NCBI GenBank assembly: GCA_002503705.1
Contig: DASH01000093.1
Span: 1-49,837 of the forward strand
Source of the DNA: Candidatus Woesearchaeota archaeon UBA153
GTDB taxonomy: Archaea; Nanobdellota; Nanobdellia; Woesearchaeales; UBA525
Direction of reading: 5' to 3'
Length of the DNA: 49,837 nucleotides
A program made the position numbers and the translations under genes. Positions 8,692 to 16,848 of this stretch are shown here, piece by piece. The notes beneath the pieces were generated by a model, which did not search any database, was not told where the DNA came from, and was given only the letters and a program-made list of their open reading frames with translations. Every line of letters starts with the position of its first letter. The first letter of the stretch is position 1.

Positions 8692-11093
8692 CGGTGAACA
8701 TGACGGTGAACGATACGGTGAACGAGCAGCGCCCCGGCCGGAGCTACGGTTACGAGGACGGAACGCTCATCCGGAACAAGCCGTCGACCTCGTGGCGGTG
8801 GTGGCTCGCCCTTTTCATCGCACTCCTGCTCATCCTCGGGTTCTGGTTCGCGCTCGACCAGAAGCTGCTCTTCGGCGAGGCGTGGCTCTCCGAGACGTAC
8901 GATAACGTCGACTGGCGCACGAACGAGGGCAACCTCCACACGTTCGGCGCGTGGGATCTCGAGGCGCACATCTGGAAGACCGAGTATATCATGCAATGGT
9001 TTCCGAACTTCCATTGGAACCCGTACTGGTATCTCGGCATGCCGCTCCTCAAGTATTACCAGTCAGGATTCTACGTGGCCCACTGGCTCACCATCATGGC
9101 GACGGGGCTCTCCGCCCCGCGCGCCGCGCTCATCCTCATCATCTTCAGCCACTTGCTCGCCACGCTTGTCACCTTCCTCCTCTGCTACAAGCTCTCGCGA
9201 CGCGTCTTGGTCTCGGCGCTCGCCGCCACGTTCGTGCTGAGCAACACGTTCATCTCGCTCCGCAGCTACGGCTGGGAGCCGATCACCGTCACGTTCCTCT
9301 TCCTCTTCCCCCTCGGACTCCTCCTCTTCTTCAAGGAGCCGCTCCGTCCGTTGCGGTTCTGGCTCATCCTCCTCCTCGGCATCGCGTACCTCTGCCATCC
9401 GCTCCTCTGGTTCTCGCTCTGCATGACGATGGGACTCTACCTCTTCTCCATCGCGATCAGGAAGACGAAGGAGCCGAATGGCGCGTACCGCCATTACCTC
9501 TGGCAGTACTTCGTGCTCGTCTTCTGCAGCATCATCATCGGCGCAGTCCAGTTCCTCCCTCAGATCAGCTATCAGCAGGCGAGTTCGGGAGCGCACATGG
9601 GCGTGACCTACTTGCCGTTCTACCAAGTGCCGCCGAACATCATCACGTTATGGGATTTCTTTTTCGATGCGGGCAACCTCAAGGGGCCAGGGCCTATCAT
9701 CATGATCGCGTTCTTCCTCCTCCTCTTCTTCGGCGTCGTCGAGTACTTGGCTTGGCGGGCGCGCAGGAAACAGAAAGCGGGAAATCTTCGAGCGGGAAAT
9801 CTTCGAGCGGGAAATCCTCAAGCGAACAATCTTCCTGCGGGAAATCCTCGAACGGGCGATCTCGCAACGCAATCTCACGACGGACACTCAGGAATCTTCT
9901 CGCACGAGCTCGTCGCGGGCCTCGCCTTCGTCCTTGTCGTCATGGTCCTCTTCTACTATCTCGAGCGCTTCAACATCTTCCCGATGAACGTGCTGCGCTC
10001 CATCCAATACCATCGCATCATCCCGGAGTTCATCATCGTCGCGGCCGCGCTCATCGCCGTCATCGCCAACATCGCCAGGACGCAGTGGCAGAAGGCGGTC
10101 TATTACACGGTGCTCATCGCCTTCGTCGCCGCCTCGACAATCGTGATCTACAACGTCCAGACGCATTGGCAGACGACCGACAGCATCAGCGACAAGCCGG
10201 AATTCCTCACCGACACGATTCCGGGACGTATCAGCATGCCGTACACCGACCAGAGCCTCTCCGTGCGGAGCTCGTTCCAAGCCATCCCGCAGACCTACGG
10301 CTACTACGAGCAAGGCATCACGAACGCGTACGACGACGAGATGTTCTCCGTCTCGTCAGGGTACCACAACGCCGACCTCACCACCCTCTACCTGAAAGCG
10401 GCGAACGTCGGACGCCTCTACGTCAATACGGAGGAAGGCGAGCGCGACCGGATCGTGCAGAAGCGGCTGAACAGCACGCTTTCGTACGTCCACGAGCCGA
10501 AGAGCCGTTACGCATACTTCGCCGTGCCCCTCGCGAACCCCGCGTTCGCCCAGGCGGTCGACTCAAGGGCGGCGTCGAACGTGACCGCGCTCGCTCCTGG
10601 TTGTCGCGTCCTCTTCATGGAGACGTATTGCGGCAGCGTGGGAGAAGAGTTCGTCAGCACCGATCCTGTCGAAGTGCGCTACCTCGCGGCGTACGTCGAG
10701 CTCCTCGAGAAGCCGGACGCCGCCACGGTGACGATGACGATGAAAGACCCGGACCATTACTTCATCGCGGTGCACAACGCGAGCGTGCGGACGGCGGTCG
10801 TGGTGAAGATGACGTACGACAAGGACTTCGTCGCCACCGTCAACGGCTACGAGGTGCCGATAACGAAGTTCGGCCCGGACTTCATGCTCATCTCCCCCGC
10901 GAGAGACGGCACGTACGGCATCATACTCGAGTATCGGGTCGACAAGCTCATCATCATCGGCGCGTTCATCAGCGTCCTCAGCATCCTCGGCCTCGCGCTC
11001 GCGTTCCTTTTCCGGCAACCTTTGCTCGCGCGCTTTGAAAAGATCAAGAAGAGGCACTGCCGTCTCCCGGACGGCGAAGGGGTGGGCCGATGA
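8688..11093 (+). CDS. Large polytopic membrane protein with C-terminal extracytoplasmic domain and terminal TM; YfhO-like GT-C glycosyltransferase candidate
   Basis: The start is taken at the ATG overlapping the upstream stop (ATGA). The track ORF from 8460 is an upstream extension in the same frame. There are more than 10 hydrophobic helices. The motif HIWKTEYIMQWFPNFHWNPYWYLGMPLLKYY resembles YfhO-type proteins. A soluble region of about 200 aa precedes the final TM LIIIGAFISVLSILGLALAFLF. Confidence 0.6.
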   Translation: MTVNMTVNDTVNEQRPGRSYGYEDGTLIRNKPSTSWRWWLALFIALLLILGFWFALDQKLLFGEAWLSETYDNVDWRTNEGNLHTFGAWDLEAHIWKTEYIMQWFPNFHWNPYWYLGMPLLKYYQSGFYVAHWLTIMATGLSAPRAALILIIFSHLLATLVTFLLCYKLSRRVLVSALAATFVLSNTFISLRSYGWEPITVTFLFLFPLGLLLFFKEPLRPLRFWLILLLGIAYLCHPLLWFSLCMTMGLYLFSIAIRKTKEPNGAYRHYLWQYFVLVFCSIIIGAVQFLPQISYQQASSGAHMGVTYLPFYQVPPNIITLWDFFFDAGNLKGPGPIIMIAFFLLLFFGVVEYLAWRARRKQKAGNLRAGNLRAGNPQANNLPAGNPRTGDLATQSHDGHSGIFSHELVAGLAFVLVVMVLFYYLERFNIFPMNVLRSIQYHRIIPEFIIVAAALIAVIANIARTQWQKAVYYTVLIAFVAASTIVIYNVQTHWQTTDSISDKPEFLTDTIPGRISMPYTDQSLSVRSSFQAIPQTYGYYEQGITNAYDDEMFSVSSGYHNADLTTLYLKAANVGRLYVNTEEGERDRIVQKRLNSTLSYVHEPKSRYAYFAVPLANPAFAQAVDSRAASNVTALAPGCRVLFMETYCGSVGEEFVSTDPVEVRYLAAYVELLEKPDAATVTMTMKDPDHYFIAVHNASVRTAVVVKMTYDKDFVATVNGYEVPITKFGPDFMLISPARDGTYGIILEYRVDKLIIIGAFISVLSILGLALAFLFRQPLLARFEKIKKRHCRLPDGEGVGR
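8691..8726 (+). repeat. 3 x 12-nt in-frame tandem repeat at the CDS 5' end (TVNM TVND TVNE)
   Basis: acggtgaacatg acggtgaacgat acggtgaacgag, directly after the start codon. Confidence 0.85.
9777..9866 (+). repeat. 6 x 15-nt in-frame tandem repeat encoding pentapeptide AGNLR-type units
   Basis: gcgggaaatcttcga x2, then the variants gcgggaaatcctcaa, gcgaacaatcttcct, gcgggaaatcctcga and acgggcgatctcgca. Protein: AGNLRAGNLRAGNPQANNLPAGNPRTGDL, in a loop between TM segments. Confidence 0.85.
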
Positions 11094-12448
11094 GCGCTGA
11101 GAGGAAGAGGTTCTGGCCGCGGTGGAAACTCGCTCTTCTCGGGAGCATCCTGCTCCTCTACGTCGGCGTCGGCGTCCTCCTCCTGCTCCTCGTGCATGAA
11201 GGGGTCATCGAGCGGCTCCCCCCGACTCCGATAGCCGTCGCCGGCAATGATTCGATCCAAGAGCCCGTCACGCTTGAGGTGAGCGTCAATCTCAGAGCGG
11301 CAGAGGCTTTCTTCCAGACGCAGATGATTCGAGAAGACGGCCACATCTTCCTCTACCGTCTCGTCACGGAGGACGGTACGTCTGCGAATGACAGCAACAC
11401 GAACAGTGAAGCGGCGAGCTACTACCTGCTCTGGACCGCGCAGGCGAAGCAGAAAGGGGCGTTCGATACGGAACTCGCCTTCGTGGAGACCAAGATGCTC
11501 CACCCCGTCGGAGACTACCTCCAGTGGCGGCTCTCCGAGAACGGCATGGTCGAGAGCGATGGCGGGAACATCGCTTCCGACGCCGACCTGCGCGCAATCA
11601 GAGCGCTCCTCATCGCCGAGAAGCAATGGGGCGACGAGCGGTACACGTCGCTGATTGACACGCTCGCGCGCGGTCTCGAACAGACCGCGTTCACCAAAGA
11701 CGGGCTTCTCGCGCCGTATGGCGGGATGTCGGGAACGAAGCCGTGGATTGCGGACGAGTCATGGCTCTCCTACAGCGACTTCACCGTCTTCAAGGCGCTC
11801 TCCGAGCGGCGTGGCGTGGCGTGGTTGAAGATGTACGCGAAGATGAAGTCTGCCGTTCTCGGCGCGCAGATCCAGAACGGGCTCTACAATTCACAGATCA
11901 CCCTGCAACGCCAGTACGGCAACGGCATCGACGGCGGCGGCTACAGCATCAACTCGATGTGGCTCATGGCGAGGAACGCGGAGAGCGGCGATCCTGACCT
12001 CGTCGCCTCGGCGAGCCGATCGCTCGCCTTCTACAAGCAGGCGTTCAGCCGGAACGCGGAGATTGACACGCTGTACGACTCGAATGGCGACGCCCTCTCG
12101 TCCGGCGACGCGCCGTGGGTGTACGCGCTCATCGGACGGGCGGCGGTGGCGCTCGGCGACCGCGAGTTCAGCGACGCCATGCTGGCGAAACTTGTCGAGA
12201 AGCAGGACATGGACTGCTCGTCGCCGCACTACGGTTCGTTCCCCGAGGGCGTGTCGGGCAACGGGCGGCAGGAGCGCGTCGGCCAGTTCACCATGCAGGA
12301 GGCGATCCTGACGATGCAGGCGTACGTGCAGAGTCGAGGGGGGGCTCTCGACGCGCCGATTGGGCAGGCCGGAGATGCGGTCGCGGCGTGCGAGGAGGAG
12401 ACGCACGACGCTTCACCATCAAAGAATCGTGAGAAAAGAGAGTCGTGA
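11090..12448 (+). CDS. Membrane-anchored glycoside hydrolase family 8 endoglucanase-like protein (BcsZ-like role)
   Basis: N-terminal TM LALLGSILLLYVGVGVLLLLLV. Catalytic-Glu motif NSEAASYYLLW (compare SEGQxYGML). GH8 signature-like ASDADLRAIRALLIAEKQW. The ATG overlaps the upstream stop (ATGA). Confidence 0.75.
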   Translation: MSAERKRFWPRWKLALLGSILLLYVGVGVLLLLLVHEGVIERLPPTPIAVAGNDSIQEPVTLEVSVNLRAAEAFFQTQMIREDGHIFLYRLVTEDGTSANDSNTNSEAASYYLLWTAQAKQKGAFDTELAFVETKMLHPVGDYLQWRLSENGMVESDGGNIASDADLRAIRALLIAEKQWGDERYTSLIDTLARGLEQTAFTKDGLLAPYGGMSGTKPWIADESWLSYSDFTVFKALSERRGVAWLKMYAKMKSAVLGAQIQNGLYNSQITLQRQYGNGIDGGGYSINSMWLMARNAESGDPDLVASASRSLAFYKQAFSRNAEIDTLYDSNGDALSSGDAPWVYALIGRAAVALGDREFSDAMLAKLVEKQDMDCSSPHYGSFPEGVSGNGRQERVGQFTMQEAILTMQAYVQSRGGALDAPIGQAGDAVAACEEETHDASPSKNREKRES

Positions 12449-12489
12449 GAAAAGAGAATCGTGAGAAAAGAGAATCGTGAGAAAAATAC
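12421..12489 (+). repeat. About 4 x 16-nt tandem repeat spanning the stop codon of the GH8 gene
   Basis: Repeat tract gaatcgtgagaaaaga gagtcgtgagaaaaga gaatcgtgagaaaaga gaatcgtgagaaaaat. The stop TGA at 12446-12448 is part of a repeat unit. Confidence 0.85.
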
Positions 12490-12520
12490 TTGTGGGGAAA
12501 AACTACGGAGATGATACCCA

Positions 12521-13003
12521 ATGGATGAACTCCAACAAACGCATCGGAGAGGTCATCGGAAGGAGGTCGTCGTCGCGGTGAGCGGCGGGTTCGATCCCGT
12601 GCACATCGGCCACGTCCGCCTCTTCAATGAGGCGAAGCGGCTCGGCGACCACCTCGTGGTGATCGTGAACAACGATAACTGGCTGCGGCGCAAGAAAGGG
12701 TTCGCGTTCATGCCGGAATCGGAGCGGCAGGAGATTATCGAATCCTTCCGTGCCGTCGACGAGGTCATGCTCACCTTCCACAAACCGGAGACGACGGACA
12801 CGTCCGTCTGCGCAGAGCTCGAGGCGCTCAAGCCAGACCTCTTCGCGAACGGCGGGGACCGCAAGGCGGAGAACGTCCCGGAGTATGAGGTGTGCGAGCG
12901 GCTCGGCATCCGCATGGCCTTCGGCGTCGGCGCGGGCGGCAAGGTGCAGAGCTCGAGCGACCTCGTCAAGCGCGCCCGCGAGCTCGCGGCGATGCAAGGC
13001 TGA
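12521..13003 (+). CDS. Cytidylyltransferase-family nucleotidyltransferase (TagD/RfaE-domain-II/RibL-like)
   Basis: VAVSGGFDPVHIGHVRLFNEAKRLGDHLVVIVNNDNWL, that is the (H/T)xGH nucleotidyltransferase motif in a Rossmann-like context. About 160 aa. Confidence 0.8.
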   Translation: MDELQQTHRRGHRKEVVVAVSGGFDPVHIGHVRLFNEAKRLGDHLVVIVNNDNWLRRKKGFAFMPESERQEIIESFRAVDEVMLTFHKPETTDTSVCAELEALKPDLFANGGDRKAENVPEYEVCERLGIRMAFGVGAGGKVQSSSDLVKRARELAAMQG

Positions 13004-13135
13004 CCTCGCGCTCTTCGGCATGTGTCGTCCGTCTCCTCGCGGCAGAAGTCGTATGAAATGAATGCTATTGAAAGAGTACGTACGAGAACGTTCACGAAAA
13101 GTTTGATGACAATATAACGTCCGACGAAGACGACA

Positions 13136-13280
13136 GTGAAGAAATCCCTGACGACGAAACGAACGAGAAGAAAAAACGACGACGAACGAGATGAAGAAAC
13201 TCCTGACGACGAAGCGCGCGATGAAGATGAGTCGTAAGATGAATATACTGAGAACGAGGAAATCCGCGACGAGACGGATG
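13136..13280 (+). repeat. Purine-rich intergenic tract with three dispersed copies of about 25 nt
   Basis: gaagaaatccctgacgacgaaacg, gaagaaactcctgacgacgaagcg and gaggaaatccgcgacgagacgg, spaced about 55-60 nt apart between convergent genes. The plus strand is strongly G+A biased. Confidence 0.6.
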
Positions 13281-13290
13281 ACTGGCGTCT

Positions 13291-15555
13291 TTACGCGGTG
13301 AAGCTCGCGAAGCCGGTCGCCGGCCCGACGCACGCGCTCTTGACGCAGATGGACGCGGGGTTCGCGGCCTGCTGGAGGTACAGCTCGTACGTGTTGCCGC
13401 CCTTGGCGCACGCCTTCGCCTGGATCTCGCCGCTCGTCGTCGTGTAGCGCACAGTCCGGCACGTGCCGTCCGACGTATCGGTGAGCTTGCTGCCGGAAGG
13501 GTTCACCGTGAACGTGAAGCTGTCGACGCCCACCGGCGGCGCGCAGACAGCTCCGTCGTCAACGACGCCATTGCAGTCGTTATCCTTCTGGTCGCACACC
13601 TCGGTGCCGGGTGTTCCCGCAGTCGCGCTGCACGTCGTCCCGCCGCTCGCGGTGCACACTTGCACGCCGGTACGGACGCACTCGCCGACGCCGACGCTGC
13701 ACGAGGAGCCGACGTTGAACCCCTCATCGACTTGACCGTCGCAATCGTTATCCTTGCCGTCGCACGTTTCCGCGCTCGGTGTGCAAGCCGGAGGAGTGGT
13801 CGTCGTCGGAATGAACCGGACGAAGCCTTGGTCCTTCGTCACGCACCCGTTCGCGAGGCACGCGCTGAAACTCATGCCGGAAGGCGCGGCCTGACGGTAA
13901 AGCTCGATGTAGCCGCCGCCCTTCTCGCAACCAAGGACCTGGATGTCGCCCGCGACGGTGCTCCACAGCATCGTCCGGCAGACGCCGCTCGTTACGTCGC
14001 TCTTCGACGTGCAGGCCACGGCCGTGCTGCCCGCGACACACGACTTCGGGAGCGAGCCGATGCCGCTCGTCGGTGGTTGCGGGCAGACGCCATCCTCATC
14101 GACTTGACCGTCGCAATCGTTATCCTTGCCGTCACAGATTTCCATCGTCGGAGCGCAGGTCGGCAGGGGGGTGCTGCTGAGAGCGGGGAAGGCCGGAAGG
14201 TCGAGGCCGATCCCCATGCCGAGCGCGCGGACCGCGAACGCTGCGTGGTAGACGCCGAAGCACGAGGTGTAATCCCACGTGCCGGTCGAGAGCGCGTAAT
14301 GGCCGAGCGCGTTGTCGAGGATCTGGGCGAACGAGGACTTGTGCGTGCACCCTGCCTCGTGGAGCGCTTGCAGGCCTTGGGCGAAGTAGCCGCTCTGCGC
14401 CGTTCCCGCGCTGCCGTCCGGCTTGTACTGGAGGGGGATGCTGTTGGTGTTCTGGCTGTAACGCGCGTGCCACGAGTCACAGTACGCCGTGAGCAGGGGA
14501 AGTTGGTACCCGATGACGCCCGCATAGTAGTTCGCCTGGCACATCCCGAAGGCGCGAGTCGCATCAGCATCGTCCCAGATGACCGGCGAACAGCTGCTCG
14601 TGCATTCCGCAGTGGGAACGTTGTTCGCGCCAGTCACCCACTTGAAACTCCTGCCGGGAGGCACGGTGAAGTCCTTACCGTTGAACTTGCTCGCTTCGAG
14701 GTAGTTGAGTGTGAAGTTGGCTGCCACCGAGCAATACGTCCTGTTGCCGGTCTGGCTGCACGCCTCGAGCATGGCAGTAATCGCATCAGCGTAGTAGCCG
14801 GTGTACGCGTAGTCGTTCGAGGCAAGGCCGCCACGCTTCGCGTCGCTGCCCGCCGCGAGCCAGTAGCAGATCTGCCCCTCGCCGAGGCTGCTCGGCCGAC
14901 AAGTCTTGTCCACTTCATATTTGAGGAACGCGTTGGAAAGGCTCTTCGCGAGCGCTCCATACTGCTCCTTCTTGATCGCGTCGGTGAAGGCGGGGTTCTT
15001 GGCCGCGGTGAAGAGCGCGATGATGATGCGCGCCGTGCCGTCGCTGGCGGTGTCGCAGTTCCCGTTGATGCCTGCTCGGCAGGGTTGGATGCTATTGCCG
15101 TCGCGGTAGATCCGCCACGCGGGGAGGCCGCCGTTCGTGCTCGCGATCGCTTTGACTGTCGTGTAGAACTGGTTCATGCGCGTTTGGTCCTTGCCCATCG
15201 CGACGAGGATGCCGACTTGGCTGAACTCATCCGTGACCATGCAGTTGTGGGTGAAGTCGATGGTCAAGCCGGAGTCGCACGCCGCGCCGGACTGGAGATC
15301 GCTCTGGCCGCAACGGTCGCTGCGCGAGAACCAGGGCACCCAGAGTTTATCGCCCTCGATGACCGTCGCGACCTTGCCGTTCGCGTAGAGCGCGTTCACG
15401 AGCGTGTCGTAGTTCGCGTCGCGCGTCTCGCCGCCGAAGCCTGCGCTGGTCGGGCTCACGAGCGGCTGCGCCGCGAGCGTGAATGGAACCGTGATGAGAA
15501 TGAGTCCCAGGAGGAACAGCGCTGCCGGAAAAAGTTTACGCTGTTGAAAGACCAC
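13291..15555 (-). CDS. Secreted GH8-like (alpha/alpha)6 domain protein with C-terminal Cys-rich CDGxDNDCDGxVDE repeats
   Basis: Signal peptide MVFQQRKLFPAALFLLGLILITVPFTLAAQP. GH8-like VTDEFSQVGILVAM and DTASDGTARIIIALFTAAKN. Three copies of C(D/E)xCDGKDNDCDGQVDE-type motifs separate predicted beta-rich modules. Confidence 0.7.
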   Translation of the reverse strand: MVFQQRKLFPAALFLLGLILITVPFTLAAQPLVSPTSAGFGGETRDANYDTLVNALYANGKVATVIEGDKLWVPWFSRSDRCGQSDLQSGAACDSGLTIDFTHNCMVTDEFSQVGILVAMGKDQTRMNQFYTTVKAIASTNGGLPAWRIYRDGNSIQPCRAGINGNCDTASDGTARIIIALFTAAKNPAFTDAIKKEQYGALAKSLSNAFLKYEVDKTCRPSSLGEGQICYWLAAGSDAKRGGLASNDYAYTGYYADAITAMLEACSQTGNRTYCSVAANFTLNYLEASKFNGKDFTVPPGRSFKWVTGANNVPTAECTSSCSPVIWDDADATRAFGMCQANYYAGVIGYQLPLLTAYCDSWHARYSQNTNSIPLQYKPDGSAGTAQSGYFAQGLQALHEAGCTHKSSFAQILDNALGHYALSTGTWDYTSCFGVYHAAFAVRALGMGIGLDLPAFPALSSTPLPTCAPTMEICDGKDNDCDGQVDEDGVCPQPPTSGIGSLPKSCVAGSTAVACTSKSDVTSGVCRTMLWSTVAGDIQVLGCEKGGGYIELYRQAAPSGMSFSACLANGCVTKDQGFVRFIPTTTTPPACTPSAETCDGKDNDCDGQVDEGFNVGSSCSVGVGECVRTGVQVCTASGGTTCSATAGTPGTEVCDQKDNDCNGVVDDGAVCAPPVGVDSFTFTVNPSGSKLTDTSDGTCRTVRYTTTSGEIQAKACAKGGNTYELYLQQAANPASICVKSACVGPATGFASFTA

Positions 15556-15792
15556 GCGTCGAAGGCTTAAGGTCTTTGTTTAAATGTTTTCTCTTAAATT
15601 TCGTATATGCTCGAGCGTGAAATCGAGGTCATCACACCGTATGTGATGAAAAAGCATATAGAAAAATCGTTGAGTATATGTTGCGTGTATGTGTGGATGC
15701 GGTACGTCTGTGTGAAGGACGAGAAGAGTTTTCTAATGGACAAGTAGGTTTTCCACTGGTCAAGTAGGTGCCGAACAAAGACTTTTACTGAG

Positions 15793-15878
15793 ACGATTGT
15801 TGAGCTGGTCGTTGAGCGCGTCATTGTGAGCGAGTCATTGAGCGAGTCCTTGAGTGGGCTGTTGACTACGTCGTCGAT
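15793..15878 (+). repeat. Degenerate tandem array of about 12 nt (about 6-7 units), consensus gtcRttgagcgN
   Basis: cgattgttgagctg gtcgttgagcgc gtcattgtgagcga gtcattgagcga gtccttgagtgg gctgttgactac gtcgtcgatg, in the intergenic region upstream of the 13291-15555 gene. Confidence 0.6.
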
Positions 15879-15948
15879 GTGTATGATGAAAACTGTTTCT
15901 GGTTTTGTTTCTCGTTTTGAAAAAGGTTTTACGTTGGGGGAAAAATTT

Positions 15949-16848
15949 TTACGTGGGAGTCTGCACCACCTGCAATAAGCCGGTCTCGCTCGTCTCGTTG
16001 TTCATCGCCGTGCAACTCACGTCGAATGTGCCCGAACCGTACGCGTGCCAGACGTTGTCCGAGGACATCCCGAGGAGTTTCGATCCGTCTCCGAAATCCC
16101 AATCGTAACTCGTCGGCGTGAAGCCGGTCGCGGTGCAGACGAAGACGTAGACGCTGCCTTGCGGATAGTACGGCGCCACGCTCAAGACTGCGGCGTTCGA
16201 TTCCGAATCGCTCGTGTTCGTCGGCGTCTCCGGGATGCCGCCCGCGATGATCTTCGAGGCTCCGACGCGGTATGCCGAGTTGGACGCCGCGCAGTTCACC
16301 GTGTACGACCCTGACTGGTCGAAGCGATGGAAGACGTCGTTGACCGGCATGTCATACAGCTTCTGTCCGTCGCCGAAATCCCAATCGTAACTGGTCGGGG
16401 TGAATCCGAAGGCGTTGCAATTGAAGACGTAGTCGCGCCCGTCCGGACCCTGCGGGAAGTACGGCGCTATCTGCAGCTCTGCCGACTGGTCCCCGATCGG
16501 AGGAACGGTCTGGTTCGTGCCGACGCCAACGCGAAGCAGGTAGACCTTGTTGAAGGTCTCGTTCGACGCGGTGCACGCGACTTCATACTCTCCGCTCTGC
16601 GTGTAGGTATGATACACGTTATTTGAGGTCATGTCCATCAGTTTCTGCCCGTCGCCGAAGCTGAAATCGTACGTCGTCGCCGCGAAGCCGGGGTTGCAGA
16701 CGAAGACATAGTTGCTCCCTTGCGGGTACCATTGCATGATGCTGATGTCTCCGCTCGCAGTCGCGCTCGCCGCCGAGATCACGAAGAGCATCGCCAACAC
16801 GCCGATACCGCTCAAGCCCATCATCGAGTTTTTCATTGAGTTTTTCAT
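15949..16848 (-). CDS. Secreted protein with three PKD-like repeats
   Basis: Signal or TM segment GLSGIGVLAMLFVISAASATA. Three repeats of YVF(V/N)C...TPTSYDWDFGDG(Q/S)KL...H.Y...G.Y.V.C.A.N. The N-terminus has a duplicated MKNS from a 12-nt repeat (16826-16848). Confidence 0.85.
   Translation of the reverse strand: MKNSMKNSMMGLSGIGVLAMLFVISAASATASGDISIMQWYPQGSNYVFVCNPGFAATTYDFSFGDGQKLMDMTSNNVYHTYTQSGEYEVACTASNETFNKVYLLRVGVGTNQTVPPIGDQSAELQIAPYFPQGPDGRDYVFNCNAFGFTPTSYDWDFGDGQKLYDMPVNDVFHRFDQSGSYTVNCAASNSAYRVGASKIIAGGIPETPTNTSDSESNAAVLSVAPYYPQGSVYVFVCTATGFTPTSYDWDFGDGSKLLGMSSDNVWHAYGSGTFDVSCTAMNNETSETGLLQVVQTPT

Noticed and set aside
12421-12489. Possibility that the tandem repeats are mini CRISPR arrays
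   Set aside because: The units are 9-20 nt and directly abutting, with no unique spacers. No cas genes are in the window.
13660-15570. 636-aa plus-strand ORF opposite the secreted GH8-like gene; also 12503-13462 minus and 13992-14570 minus
   Set aside because: Arg/Ala/Asp-rich shadow frames. The minus-strand 754-aa protein has a signal peptide, GH8-like motifs and Cys-rich repeats.
15566-15580. ggcttaaggtc near 15570 as a fifth Family A junction
   Set aside because: Only the cttaagg core matches. There is no flanking inverted repeat or C-rich block.
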